A stretch of 64,000 nucleotides of DNA from Ruditapes philippinarum. Lineage: Eukaryota. Position 1 is the first letter of the stretch; every line of letters starts with the position of its first letter. The DNA lies in the NCBI RefSeq assembly GCF_026571515.1, contig NW_026864773.1:62001-126000 (forward strand). The letters are read 5' to 3'. The notes beneath the pieces are model-generated. The model ran no database searches. It was not told the DNA's origin and saw only the letters and a list, made by a program, of their open reading frames with translations. Of this stretch, positions 36,150-50,765 are shown piece after piece. The translations under genes and the position numbers were made by a program.

Positions 36150-38330
36150 AATATTTCCTTAGATTAAATAACATCAAGACAGTCATTCTTCTGACAATCT
36201 TACTCTCTGGTATTTCCAATTCACATCTTTTGTCTGGAAATACGACAAAAGGACGCGAGTTTACTAGTATTTATTGTAATAATTCACGTAACTTGTAAAG
36301 GGAAAAAAATAAATGATAAAACAGACAGCTAATGTTGATGACTTAGGAACTATATATTAATTTTGAGTGCGTTGTTGTAGAACAATGCACGGTAGAATAT
36401 AACCAAGAAGGCCAATATGCCATTTGGATGATAAAATAGAGAAAAAAAATAATCCCAAAGAAAGTCCAACACGGCATAATTTAAAATGTTGCAGGCTCGG
36501 TTTGATTGAGCATGTTCATGGAGGGCACTTTTAAGTGCAAACTATCGTCCACGCCTCATAACACTAGCTTAAGCAGAATTAACATTTATCATGAACTGGT
36601 ACAATTTTGAATTTTGAAACACCAGCAAATGTGCTATGTAACCATGTATTATTATGCTACATCGTAAGAAAATTGAATATCTATTTCCATTCTAACATAC
36701 TTATAGAGGATATTGAACAAGTGTAGGTTAAGTGCAAGTGAATCATTTTTTTTGACGCGCCTATAGTTATGAGCATCTTAACATTATGTTGTTGTTTTTT
36801 AATTTAGAGAATACTGAATGAGTGCAAGTTCAATACTGAATTTATTGCACGAGTTCAATTCAATTATATTATGCGAGCCTCTGGCGACGGTGATTAAATG
36901 TTATTGACGTCACGTTATTAAGATATGCTCGGCCGTGTGCAATAACATGTTTTACGGAGTCGCAAAATAGACAACATAATGTTATAAGACAAAGAGAATT
37001 GAGCTACATTGAGCAAATATAAAATTTTCATGACGTCATTAATTTGACATCATATATGACGAAAACTATGAGTAAATATTTTTTTGATGCCGTGCGTGAA
37101 TATATCACGTTTAATGCGCTTAACCGTCCTATCTGTTTGAACTGTGGAATAATGTGCATAAGATTATCCATATTTATTTAGGGCTATGACGAATATCGTG
37201 GAAACTTATATCTTTCAGAAAAAATATATACAGTCTTCGACAGCATTCATTCTAAGTCCTTTGTGAAAAAACGATAATTGTGTCTGTGTACATTATTTTG
37301 CACACGGACTCTTTCACAATATAATCCAATAAACTACAAAACTAAACACAATATCCGAGTCTACTTGCCGATTGTTATTTGGAAAATAAATCGTTAAAGA
37401 AATTATCAAAACGACAAAAAGAACCACTTTTCTCAAGTTTTCGTGCACAATGGAATTGAACAATCATTGTAGATTAACAAAAAATCAAACATCTAATATG
37501 AAGGGAATTACAATTGTTGCTAATGGTGTGTATTGAGTACACGTTTAAAGATATAATGGAATAGAAATAAGATGTTTTAAACAAATTGAACATATCGGGC
37601 GATATTTTACGGCCACAACACGGTACAATCATCGCTGATGTGGCATTTAAAGTGAGAAAACAGGAACCCTTAAAGAACGCCGCAAATGGCAGCATTGTAA
37701 CTTTGAAGGCTCTGTTTAATTGAGTCTGTTCATAGACGGTACCGAAATTGCAATCTGCGACGACGCCATAAGACATGTAAATTAATTTAGATTCAGTACC
37801 ACAATGACTGAACAACTAATGATGAGTTATTTCCTCCTTCTCTGATAAACGTTTACAATATTCGCACCTCTATCTATGTTACGTAAATGTAAAATTATGA
37901 CAAGGTTGAAGATGCAAAGTTGAAAAACGTCATGCTATTCAATATTCAATAATGGTAGCCAAAACATCTGTGAACGTCATTAAACACATTAAACAAATTT
38001 CCTTTCGACGAAAATCGACATTTGATACAATCATTACAGATGACAATGAAATCTGATTGCATAATTTCGCAGAAAAAATTCAATAGGAAGGTCTTTAGCT
38101 CGTATTTTGCAATCTTTATGAAGATAATTATCATATCCCAATAGAACTGACAAAATTATTTGATATTTTTCACTGGGAGATGACCTTTACGGTATTATAA
38201 AACTAGTTTTTGACTTTTACTGGAGCTAGAAAATCTTTCCTCTTAGATGAATATTAAAAATATGACTGGCACATGTAATTTGATACCGCTTCAATACCGC
38301 TTCAATAGTAAACAGTAAAACATATCGTAA
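36150..38330 (-). pseudogene. Decayed family B (Methuselah-like/adhesion) GPCR with Cys-rich ectodomain
   Basis: VVADCNFGTVYEQTQLNRAFKVTMLPFAAFFKGSCFLTLN (~37640-37765) resembles the recalled motif CNxTGxW...RAC...P...FKNxFCxxCN. TM6/TM7-like fragments lie at ~36280-36480. A palindromic element interrupts it at ~36700-37080. Confidence 0.5.
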
Positions 38331-38384
38331 ATTCACTTGAATGAAACAATTGACTGTTTAATAATATCAAGATTTAATGAGCTG

Positions 38385-38415
<31 letters not shown>

Positions 38416-38479
38416 ATTTTGTTGTCGAAAATTATACAACAACATCATAGCTATAACATGACATAATGTATTCAGTTTT

Positions 38480-39350
38480 GCTCCTTTTCATAGAAAAACA
38501 ATTTTCATAAAAGGAACGACCTTTGCCATTAACTGCATTTCTTATGTGCATAGTCTATGTATAACATCAGGAATCTTTTCTGGAGAAATATTATTTGAGT
38601 GAGCTAGCGTTGGTATTTTCATTTTGATCAACTTTTTTTGACATGTATAACAAATATATTCCTTTTCATGTGACTGTTTACCAGACAAACACTTAATTGA
38701 AGAATAACATTCAACTTTCTTGTAGTTATTTCTGTCTACTTGTATGACAGTTCTTCTATACAACATTCGCAAACAACATGTACATATAAATATTGGTCCC
38801 TCTTTTATAAGATTGTGGAAATCCGATATTAAGCTATAATTGTTTCTGATCATTTGTGAACGTTTCTGTTGATGCTTAATTTGCCTCTTTCTTGAATTTC
38901 ATATTTCTCATTTATAGTCATTCTACTGCGTTTCTGTTGCTGCTGTATTCTGGCTTTGTCCTGTTCATATTGTCTCTCTTCTTCTGATAATTTAGAGAGT
39001 TTGAGCTGATGTCGGATTTTGTTTTGTGTTGCTCTTTCCTTTTCTCAGTATCAGACTTTTTGGAGCGTTTCTGCTCATGTTAGATTTTGTCTTTTAATTG
39101 TGTTCCATACCTTTCATTTTCAGTCATTCTTTTACGTTTAAGCTGATGTTGGATTTTGTTTTGTCTTGCTCTTTCTTTTTCTCAGTATCAGACATCTTGC
39201 AGCTTTTCTGCTTATGTTGGATTATGTAGTTTAAGACCTTGTATGAGTGTGGGGGTTGTTTGTTTATTTGTTGTTTGTAATCGTTTAAATAAGACAACTT
39301 ATATACTTCCGACAGACTATCAACAATTTTTTTATTGTAATCGTTCATTA
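38480..39350 (-). mobile_element. Helitron/Helentron RepHel N-terminal fragment (DUF6570-like zinc-binding region)
   Basis: GPIFICTCCLRMLYRRTV...EYICYTCQKKL.KMKIP.LA.SN....IP....L..*E..L.AK.VPFMK, preceded by K/E-rich repeats (SDTEKKKEQ). Confidence 0.8.
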
Positions 39351-39593
39351 GTGTACATCGAGGACAACGATATCAATTTTATTGTGGAATTTTTAATGCT
39401 TTAATATTAACAGGAAGGACGCTATGCCTGCGTGATTAATTAAGAAGCCATTTGAACGATAATCATAAATGATATATAACAATGGGCGGGTTGGCCTTAA
39501 TTCTGGGGGTGGTCTTAAGTAGGGTTACTACAGTACTGTAAATATTTTATTAATTTTCAACTCTACTGACATCCTACAGATACATGCCTTAGT

Positions 39594-40157
39594 CACCGTA
39601 GGGAACGACATTATTTAAGCATACCTAGATAAAGTAAATCTACAAAACGTTAGTCCTTTGTGTTTAAAAACGTTTATAAAAGTAAATGACCAGTTGAACC
39701 TATTTTCCTGTTGGTAAAATGCGTTTGAAAAAATAAACAATGTTACGCATTTAACGAACAGGAAAATAGATTAAACTGGTCATTTACTTTTATAATCGTT
39801 TCCTTTAAAAAAGACTAACGTTTTACAGATTTACTTTTTCTAGGCATGCATACATAATTTCGAAACTGGAGAAAAATGCATTGGTCTCTCGATTCAAATT
39901 TTCAAGCTGTCAAATCTGCATATTTATGAGGCAATATAGCGATAAATCTGCGGTGCAGAGTCTGAAGAAATATATGACTAGATACCGGATTCTGTTCCTT
40001 ACAAGCAAAGCACAAAAACATCGTTTAGAAACTAAACTACTACTAGTATAGACCGGAATAAAAATCTCCTACCTGTCCTCACAACAAATAATCCTCCATC
40101 TTTAAAATTCTATACTGTAACCGGAAAACGCGATACTGTAACATGTTCCCTACGGTG
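39594..40157. mobile_element. Non-autonomous element with CAC...GTG termini and 5-bp TSD (Transib-like)
   Basis: TTAGT|caccgtagggaac ... gttccctacggtg|TTAGT, containing a ~230-bp fold-back (39619-39849). Confidence 0.7.
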
Positions 40158-40399
40158 TTAGTACTTGAACCAGACAAATCTTAGAGGCACATATCCTACA
40201 TAGTAGCATTACATATGCTTTAATATCAGCATTTGCGACAACAATTGTTTTATCTTGCGATAAAATGTGACTTTTGTTGTGGATTATTATCAGCATCAAC
40301 TTGTCTTTTCATTGGTAACACGATCAGAATATAATTATAACAATGCAATTATTAGCATTCTGCTTCTGAGAACTACTTTTTTTTTGCACAGGAATCAAT

Positions 40400-43300
40400 T
40401 CGTTTAATGATATAACTGATGTTCTCATGCAAACCATAAAAAGAGCATAATATTATCTATTCTTTAGTTCTTCACTGTAATAAACAATTGAAAATAAAAA
40501 GAAAAAGATGTACAAGAGAAAAAGAAAATATAAGGGATTATTATATGTTGCCGTTGACGGCTGTCATTTTCAACCTAACTAAAAGAGCAGTTTTGTCCCT
40601 TTAATAACTGCTGTCTCAAGAAATAGCTTGTGACGAAGAGACATCATGGACTGTCATTATCTGTTGCATTTGTTCGAAAATCTTTACACAAAGTGCCCAA
40701 TAAAATGACAGATTAGCTGAGCATGTTGCTGCCACATGTTAATAGAAGGAGTTACACATTTCAAATCACCAGAATAATCATTTCTCGTTAATATATAGTT
40801 CACCTTTACCAACAGAACTAAGGGTGTTTATACTGAAAACTTTATAAAATCAAATGCTTGTTCATCTAAACGGGGCTCTCATTTCATAAAATAACACAAT
40901 ATATACGTTTCTATATAAGGAATAGGTATTTTATTTGCACGAAATTGTTTTTTGATAGAACACAAAGTGCATTAATTAAAGTCTGAAACCATTAATAACT
41001 ATTCAGAAATATAGAGAAAATAGGTAGGATTAATTCACGAGTATTGCTGTTTTCAACTTAACTAAATCTTATTTATTCCTTTGAAAACTGGTAGCATATT
41101 GCATGTGCATCAGCCTGCTTATGTCGGACTTTTAAATATTTTGCTTTAGACTAACGGACACTGTTGAATCACGGCATGGACACTTGTCATTGTCCAATTT
41201 AATGAGTTATATAAACAGGCTTCATCCAATTCCCGTTACGACATAGCCGTTTTGTATTACTAGTGTGGCGTTGAACGCATTTGAAGACTTATTGGGATAA
41301 CCCAATCAATGAATGATACAGCATCATTATCTGCATTGTTTCCCTTAGATCGACAAAATTGAAACTTCTGTTCATTTGCACGATTTTATAAATTTATGAA
41401 GTTGAATATTCTAAACAATGTTATTTACTCCTGCAGCATTGTGTAAATTTATTATACAAAAACTAACAAGAAGTAGCTTTAAAGATAAAAATAAAAAGAT
41501 ACCCGGCCGAGGTGAAACTAAACTTCATTATTATACCCGGCAAAATCCTATAATGTGATTTTAATATAAAGTCTAATTGTCGGATCATGTTCAAGTATTT
41601 TATTTTATTTAAAGTTTGGGACTCGAAGAATTTGAAATGATTTTGAAATATCAATTTAATTTATATTGATATAACGTTTTTATTTCACACCATAGTATAA
41701 TGACCGTCATTTGAGGAAAGACATCTTTGCTAAATAAGCTCTGTCGCAAAAAAGTTTTTATATCATTTCGTATTCCACTGTTACAATAGAATCAATGACA
41801 AATACCAATTTTTGTATGCAATAAAACGGTTCCACCATGTTTAGAATGTAATGGAAAATTTTCTATATTTATTATGTTTAAAAGAACTTCTTTTTATTAC
41901 AAAATTCAATCTGCCAAGAAATTAAACATGTTTATTGACATGACCGTAATGTATTTATTCCATTATGTGTATAGTTACCTGGTTAATTTAGTTATAATAC
42001 ATGTATTGTTATTGCAAAACATAAATAACAATTTATTATATTATAATTTATAAACATTTAATAAGGCCATTATTTGAGGACTTGAATATCTAATATCGTG
42101 AAGACAAAGTTCGTTCATTCAATAAGGAGGAATGCATTAAAACTTAAATTTGTTCTGTACACCGATTTCTTCTATTTTGTTCAGCAAGTGATTGCAGATT
42201 TTTGCAAAAAAAGTAACTCATGCCACTGAGTAGGCCACAGCAGCAACAGAAGTTTAAACAGAAGCAGTACCAACAGTTGCAGGGGCGTCAGCAGCAGAAA
42301 CTCAATATAAGTTTTTGCTTTAGGAAGATAAGCGAGGCGGTTGTAAATGATGATTCTATTCGAACAAAATTAATGACTTTGATTTGCGTTAGTTTGATAA
42401 CAAATACTTTCCATAAAAGAGTCTAGCGACTAGAGATAATCTCTCCATTTATTTTCGTTGTTCGACTATAAATCTATATTAACGTCTGGTTTCCAGAATT
42501 GTTTTATCATTGCACTGTCTAAATATTTCCTAACTGATTTTTGGATTGCCTAGATTAACTGGTTCATGCTCTTCTAGATGTCTACTAGAAACAACTTTAT
42601 TATTTTGTTTGTGACAAGAAATGATATAAATACAATACAGCTTGTGGGCAGTATTTATTAGGATGATTCAATTATTATGCCTTATGTAAAAAGTTATTAT
42701 ATCTATTTAATTTGTTCAAGCATTTAAGTAAATGCACTCTTATTAAGATTAGACAAAGTTAATTATCATCTTTATTATTTTAATCTTAAACGATGGTATA
42801 GGTACATGTAAAGTGTGTACTGATCGTTTTATAATGGAAAAGTTTCATTTGTGCACCCTGTAACTAGATCATTATGTGTCCGTGAGATGTAGTTTCAAAC
42901 AACTATTGCATTTCCTTATCAGCAATCTGTTGAAGAAACTTCATAAAAAATATTGCAGATCACATTTCCCTGCTTTTTTGATAGGTTTTAAATCATATCT
43001 AAATATTTCGGACATACCCAATTTCGTCCTTCATAATCTTATGCAAGCAGATATCTTTTTAGGAAAAAGAGTGTCATCTGATCTTTGACAAGCTAGATAT
43101 TGTTATTGATTTATATTGACTTAATTTTTCGAACGACGTCTGTAATTGAAACGGTCTTGGGTTTTCCTTCGAAAGTACACGGTATTACATCATTTATCAG
43201 AATATCGAATTACATCCTCGGTAATAAATGATCAGTTATTATTTCGAGTGATTGATGTTTCCGTCAAGACATCCAATAGTTTCATTCATTCCCCCAAAAA

Positions 43301-43630
43301 GGTACAATAATTTATATCCATTTTCATGGCATACAGCGAATGCAAACAATCACAAAAGATGTACGGTATCTCAAGAGTTCTTAGTTACGCATAAAATTGT
43401 GTGCCAATAATTGTGTTACACGTCGTAATGTTAATTGAGAGAAAAAAATGTTATCAAATTGTGCACAAATTAAAATGATTATATTTCCATTACATGAAAA
43501 GTTACATTACATGAAGAGCAGACTATGGGGTCATACACGTACAATCTGTATCAGTGATAACATTATCCCGCAAGTTCACATTTTCGTGAGATTTTCCAAA
43601 ACCGTGTACCATTATAATTATAAAATAAAA
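40400..43630 (-). pseudogene. Decayed family B GPCR paralog
   Basis: DNA homology to 45130-46310, 56600-57600 and 61620-62760. Fragments DINYCTF.., FVDLRETM and the TM3-like F..*TSI*FYKVFS. Confidence 0.42.
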
Positions 43631-43655
43631 TAAAAAAGGACAACAAAAATACTAC

Positions 43656-43808
43656 NNNNNNNNNNNNNNNNNNNNNNNNNNNNNNNNNNNNNNNNNNNNN
43701 NNNNNNNNNNNNNNNNNNNNNNNNNNNNNNNNNNNNNNNNNNNNNNNNNNNNNNNNNNNNNNNNNNNNNNNNNNNNNNNNNNNNNNNNNNNNNNNNNNNN
43801 NNNNNNNN
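43656..43808. other. Assembly gap (153 N)
   Basis: Run of N. Confidence 1.
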
Positions 43809-44489
43809 ATTTGCAAAAAGGCTAAAATTGGATGAAATGATAATAAAATGACAACGAAGACTTATACAGGATACGAAATTTACATGTTACATGCTTGTCT
43901 TTTTAAATTTCATAATTCAAAATCTTAATTTTGACACGTGTTTATCTGCATGTGGATCGGTAAAATGTATTTTGTGCTGTTAAGCGGCTTTAATAAATTT
44001 ATATACAGAATATATACATTTTTTTTCATAACTATTAGGTTGAATCTAACTTTTGCATTTTCCGACGATTTTGACACGACTAAATGTTACGATAAGCTAC
44101 GCATGCCGCCATGTTATCTATTACTTTCAGAATAAAAAAAAAAACTGTGAAAATGTGAAAAAAGATGTAAATAATGATTGGTAATTGATAAAAATATAAA
44201 CAAAGCGGGTCACGTCAAATATCCGATTACTTTGCAACACCGAACGCCAATCAATATTATGCAAGGGATTGTGGCTCTTAATAATTTAATTTTAGAGCTG
44301 CTTATGCCTACACTTAAACTTATGATACACTTAAAAGTGCAATGTTTTAAAAAAGTATCATATATATGACAAATAATTGCGAGATTATTATTCATTACAT
44401 GACGAGTATGATCCTTTATTATATATTAAAAGACAAAACATTAAGGGCATAAACAAATTATTATAATGAAAGATGTGCAGGAACAAGTT

Positions 44490-44645
44490 ATCACATTCAT
44501 GTCCAGGATGATACTCAAAGATTCCCGTTATTGCCTGAAATAATGCATGGAAGGGCATCTGATATCTTCGTTTACAAGTTGAGCTGGAAAGTTGCAATTT
44601 GACCTAATACCGGTACTGTGTTGGTGCCACGTAAAACCAAACCAA
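44490..44645 (+). mobile_element. V-SINE-like fragment (paralogous copy at ~51750-51885)
   Basis: gcctgaaataatgcatggaagggca...agctggaaagt...tgaccta...tgtgttggtg..acgtaaaacca matches the recalled bivalve V-SINE body and tail. Confidence 0.6.
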
Positions 44646-47339
44646 AATGAACAGAAAAACAGTGAAATAACTGTTTTCATTGTGGTTCAGATAATGGCAT
44701 TTCTAAGCTATGTACACAAAAACTTTAACGTCTCTTAAAGCGTCTGTGTATTGGTAATTATATCTATTTATTATTTTGGTCGTGGTGGAAGCCATAAGCT
44801 CATTGACACACTCTTTAATCCGCTCCTAAAAACAACCAGTACTTAGCAATGAGTGAAAATATTCTTGATTACTGAAATAATAGCCCCTGACGGATGGGGT
44901 ATTACTCTTTTACTTAAGATAAATTGTCAATTAATTAGTCATACAGCATATATTTGTTGACTCTTTTAAATGAACGATAACTTTAAGTGGATCCGTCTAT
45001 AATGGAATATTTGTAATGCAAAAAAAAAAAATAAATATTTTGAAAGTTTTCAGAGATAACAACAAACCTATAAAGAATTATTTATATATGTCATATATAT
45101 GAATGTTGTTGGCAAGTATGAGATACATCATCAGAAGCAGGGGCAACAGCAGCAGAAGCATTTCATAAGTTTACCTCTCTTTGTTTGCTTTACAAAAATA
45201 AGTGAGGTGGTTGTAAATGAAAATTCTATTTTCTTTGTTAGGCTATAAATTTATATTAACGTCAGTTTCCTATAATTTTATCATGATTGCACTGTATTAT
45301 TACTTCTTAATTTATTTTTGGATTTCCTTGGTTTACCGGTTCACGCTCTTCTAGATGTCTACTTGAAACAATGTTATTATATTTTATGACAAGAAATTAT
45401 ATAGATACAACATAACTTTCTGGCAGTATTTATAAAGATGGTCAAATGATTATGGCTTATGTAAAAAGTTAATATGTCTAGTATTTAATTTGTTATGGCA
45501 TCAAAGTTAATGCTTTCTTAGTACGATTAGACAAAAACAATTACAATATATATATCATTTTAATCTTAGAAGATGACATAGATACCAGTAAAGTGTATAC
45601 CGATCGTGTTCTAATGGAAACGTTTCTTTGCGCACCTGTATTAGATCTTTATGAGTTTTCGTGAAACAACTTCTGCAATTCCTTGTCAGCAATTTGTTGA
45701 AGATATTACATAAAGAAATTGTCCGGTCTCATTTCTCTGTTTTTTGATAGGTCTTTTTAATCATATCTATTTTTTTTGGACATATACAATTTTGTCCTTC
45801 ATTATCTTAGATGCAAGCATGCTACGTTTTACGAGTATCATCTGTTTTTTGACAAGTTGGATATTGTCATTGATTTACATTGACTTAATTTCTAAACTAA
45901 TTTTATAAAATTAATGAAGTGTTCTGGCTATTTTATTTTCGTCAAAAGTACATGGTATTACATCATTTATCAAAGGATCAATATAACATCCTCGATAATG
46001 AATGAGTAGTAATTATTTCGAATGATAAATGTTTCTGTCAAGGCATCCAATACGTACATTCATTTCTAACAAAATGAACAATAATTAATATCCTTTTTCG
46101 TGACATCTGCTGCTAATGCAAACAATCACAAAAGATCTATAACATCTCATGAGGTCTTAGTTACACAAACAATTGTGTGACAATTGTGTGATCCGTTACT
46201 TGTTATTATAGGAAAAATTCAGTTTAAGTGGCAACATTATCCCGCAAGTTCACATTTCCGTGAGGTTTTTCGAGACCGAGCACCGGCATGAGACCGTGTA
46301 CCTGCAAAGAAAATAAAAACCTAAGTCCGAAATAGTACTTGCTAATATTCTAAAATAAGTTGAAATGACTACAAAATGACAACTTTGACCAATTTACAGT
46401 CACATGTTTTTCTTTTTTTTAATTTTATAATTCAACATCTTATATTGAAACATATTTATTAGTTTGTTGCAAGATGGTAGGCTGAATCAGTAAAATGTCC
46501 TTCGTGCCGTTAAACGTCTTAAATATTTTAAATACAGAATAAGTTTTGTCCTTTTTGTATACATTGCTTGCAATGCAATGTATACATAGTTATAGCTGTA
46601 TTTCAGATTTAGTACACCTAACCTGTTTTGATGGACAACATCCACCTTTGAATGAAACCTCGATAAAAGTAGATCCTCATTTTGCAGGATTGTAACATTA
46701 AGATCACTTTTTATTAATATACTGTTTACATAGTGGTCAATAAGCTTTGAAAGTTCAAAACTATGCACTTTCAGTTTAAATAAACATTTTCTAAACATGA
46801 AAGCAAAAAATATGAAAATTTCTATTTCATTCATAAAAGCATTGTGTAAACCTACGCTCACGCATGCGCGTGCAAGAATGAATGAATTACGACAGACTCT
46901 GTAACAAAATATGTCCAACATCCAAAATTAATATTAAATCAATCAAGTAAACCTTATTTACTTTTAAATATAGACTTGCATACTTTTTCTATTTCAAACT
47001 GTTTTAGAAAACGAGCATATACAGATATATATGTCTTTTTTAGTGTTATGTATCATTGTAAGCGTCTGTATAAATGGATTAAAATTTACGTTCTGAAAAC
47101 GTATTGTCATATAATTGCATATAATACAACCCTATCAACGTGGTGGCATCGGAGGAGTATGCAATTATTTGTTTCACACCTGCAGTGTGAAGTATTTCTG
47201 CCACTTTAGTGAAATATATCGTCCAAAAGCCATTTTCGGGAAAGGGAAGATTCGTACTCATTATTATTCGAACTAAGGATTTGTACCCAATATTATTCGA
47301 ATTTAGCCTTCGTAATCGGTATTATTCGAACTGACAATT

Positions 47340-47693
47340 ATGGCAGATACGTTCAGACACCCGGGACATTTACATGTTGAAAATGGTAACATATCACATA
47401 ACTTATATCAAATAGAAGCGCAAATGGAAATTTACTTTACCAGTGTTGACTGCCAGTGGAAATGCTGAGAAAGATGAAAAGATACAAGTAAATATCCTAT
47501 TACACTGTTCTGGACCTAAAGTTATTAATTTACATGGGCAAATGCAGAACATAAACTGAAAGTGAAAAAATTATTTGACAAAATAGAAAGCTATTGCAAT
47601 CCTAGAAAAAATGAAGTGCTAGAATCACACAGATTTTGGGTAACAAATCCAGATGAATATTCATCATTTGACAGTTTTCTTAAAGAGTTTTGA
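47340..47693 (+). mobile_element. Gypsy (Mag-like) LTR retrotransposon gag N-terminal fragment
   Basis: MADTFRHPGHL..ENGNIS.N... / ASGNAEKDEKIQVNILLHCSG / KLFDKIESYCNPRKNEVLESHRFW across frameshifts, with a PBS-like tggtggcatc at 47141. Confidence 0.75.
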
Positions 47694-49589
47694 AAGCATG
47701 TTGAGTCTAGAAATATATTTTGAAATATGTTATTTACAATCAAATCACTCAGTCAGGCTGAGCCACGCTTAACATTTTTTTCCAGAAGAGTGAAATATGA
47801 CACTCAACACAGGTACATCCTAAATATTAAGATTGATGTTTATGATCAGATTTTGCACAAATAGTAATTTAATTTCCCCTGATACTACAAATATGAATTT
47901 ATTTAGAGTCCTGAAGATCTTTTTATGATGAAATCTTTAAGTTAACTGAAAAACCAGGTTTAACTGAATAATTATAAAATTCCTTTCCACAATATCTAGA
48001 AGGTACATAAAGCCAGTCAATAAAAATATTTCTATCCATATTCATCATTCCTGGACCTCCATCCATTTGATGAATTTCTCCAACTGGTAAATTTTTCATC
48101 TTATTATGTTCTGTTTGTTATTATAAAAGATTTTTTATGTTTATATACAGCTAGAATAGTCTGTAATGGCTAAGATAGACAGATAAGAACAAACTATTTA
48201 GTAAACATGAGTTACATCCCTTCAAATGAAAATAAAGATGAAACCCATAAGAAATTGCCATGTCTGACAGACAGCAAAATTATAAAATTCTGCAGGCTCA
48301 GTTTAATAAGGCCCATTAGGAGGTAGTGGTAATAACTGTGGGTCAAAAATGAAATGATATCATTTTCAAGGGACGTTTCTGTTATGATTTACTTTATATA
48401 ATGGGTCATTATCAATGAATGTTTCTTTGACTTCTATGGCCATGTGTAATAGATTATTGACATTGCCAGCCAGATAGCTCAGCTGAGTAAGTCAGTACAG
48501 CCCACATACATGTATAATATTCTGATTCAGGTTTGATTCCGGTCAAACTGCACATTTTTCTCACCCTGTGATATTTTCACCCTGGTACTTTTAGGGTCCA
48601 ATATATGTTAATGATGGTACATAACTGAATCATAAGTCAATTCACTTTGTTTCTTAAGTGTGCCAATGAAAAAGGAAAATTTTCAATATGCTGTGGATTA
48701 TGTCAATGCATAGAACTATGAGACTGAAAATATTTAAGCTGTAGAGCTGCTGTATGGTATTCCAAGGGTTCTGGATTTTTTGGTAGTGCTGAGGTATGGT
48801 ATTCTAAGTGTCTCTGGTTTGAGTTTTAGTCAGGCTGCATTTCATTTTCTCACTCTTTGAAATTGATTAATATTTTCAGCTCATTATTGGCTGGACTGCA
48901 TATATTAATGATTTATTTGTATTAAATCAATATTGTTAAATATTTAGTTATTGTCTATATATGTGAATTTATTTTTGATAAGGCATTGTAACAGTACTAC
49001 TTCTTAATTTGACCTTTTTTGTATTAGGGTAGAAGCCCTTAATTAACTCCTTACCAGTAAGTTTTATTGTACACGATGATGATAGCTTGAAAGGATTTAG
49101 CTAAAAAATATACTACATGAATTATTTTTTTTCCTATTGGATTGTAAAATATTAATTGATTGTCAAAAAACTATATGGAGTTCTCCTCGGTGACATTAAA
49201 CAGTCCCAGCTGGCCATACATGCAGGACCTTGCAGACCATGAGACAGGGTGGTCTGTACCAAGACAAATCCGATATCGAGACATGGTGGACAGGACAGAC
49301 AGTGATGTTCAGATCCCCCACTCAGAAAGGAAGTTACTACACTCAAGGTCCTGGTCTTCAATTACTTCATTTGCTTACTTGGAGAAAAGGTGATGGAAAC
49401 AAAAGTATGGTATCACAAAAAGCACAGATTGTGATAAAAGTCAAACCAAAAAATATAGCATATTAACACACATAAAGTGCATTATGCCGTATAAATTTCA
49501 ATTTAGTGCTTAAATTCTTTCTGATGCACTCAGTAAGCAAACATGATTTACTATCAACAATGTAATTGTCATTTTATTTTTTGAAAATG

Positions 49590-50765
49590 TGTTGGACTGC
49601 TGGTCTGATGCATGTAGATGCTGTGTTGGCATATAGCGATTCCCCTCTTTTGTGTGTGTGTGCATGCATGCATGCATGTGTGTGTGTTTTATACATTATA
49701 TAGTTAACATCTTTTGAAAACACCTTGTCATATTTCAACCAAACTTGACAGGGTTGTTCCATGAGTAAAGGGCTTCCAAAGTTGTTCAAAGACTTAAATG
49801 AGGCCTAGAGCATAGATATTTTGCAAAAGGCATTGTCTGGCAGACATTCACAAGATTTTCACATTATACCCCGGGGGTCAAATTAGCCCTGCACTAGGGT
49901 TCATAGACTTTCCTGATGTATGTAGTTAAAACTTAAAATCTTCTCCTCTGAATTGACAAAGACTAGAGATTAGATATTTGTCATGAAACATTTGGTAGTT
50001 AATCTCTACCAGGATTATTCACGTTACAGCCCAAGGGTCAAAATTAGCCTCACCCCTGGGGTCATGTATTAAGGTTTTCCTTATATGTATATAGCAAAAA
50101 CTTTTTAAAAAATCTTTTTATCAGAAGGTTTAAGGCTTAGAGCTTAGATACTTGGTAAATAATATCACCAGTACGTCCTTTACAAAAGCTGTTCAAATGT
50201 TGCCCCTAGTGAAATAGCACCAGGGTGTCAAAGGTTTTCTTTAAATGTATAAACATGTATAGAAAAAAAAAACATAAAACATATTCTCCTCTGGATTGAC
50301 AAATGCTAGATGTTTGATATTTGGCATGAAACCTTTACTTGTGTAGTAAACCTCTATCACTATTGTTCAAATTAAAGCCCTGGGGTCAAAATGGCCCTGC
50401 CAAGGAGTCTTTTTAGGTTCTCATTATATGGTATGTATAAAGTAAAAAACTTTAAAAAAATCTTGACTGAAGGTACAAGGTTTACCAGGCACCACGGTGT
50501 CTTAGGATTTCCTTAAATGTATAGACATGTATAGAAAAAAAACTTAAACAGTATTCTAGTCTGAATTGACAAAGACTAGAGGTAAGATATTTGGCATGAA
50601 ACATTGTGTAGTCGACCTCTACCAAGATTGTTTTAATTTTAGCCCTGGGATAAAATTTGCCTTGTGGGAGTGTTGGGGGGAGTCATTAATTTTCGTAATG
50701 CACTTGTTGTAAAAATTTAAGAATGTACAAGGCAAGAGCTTAGGGCTTTGATGCCTAAATTTTGT
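49590..50765 (+). mobile_element. HINE-like element with microsatellite and tandem array of ~170-190-bp units
   Basis: (tg)/(tgca) microsatellite at ~49650-49687, then about five diverged units with atcttctcctctga...ctagag...gatatttggcatg...ctctacca...gccc.ggggtcaaa. Confidence 0.7.

Noticed and set aside
41280-45500. Toll-like receptor/LRR pseudogene reading (LTFYISHNHLT, VDLR..SFIDWV)
   Set aside because: The LRR-like matches are isolated and I found no TIR domain. Downstream paralogous DNA gives multiple TM-like segments that fit a 7TM protein better, though the TLR reading is not formally excluded.
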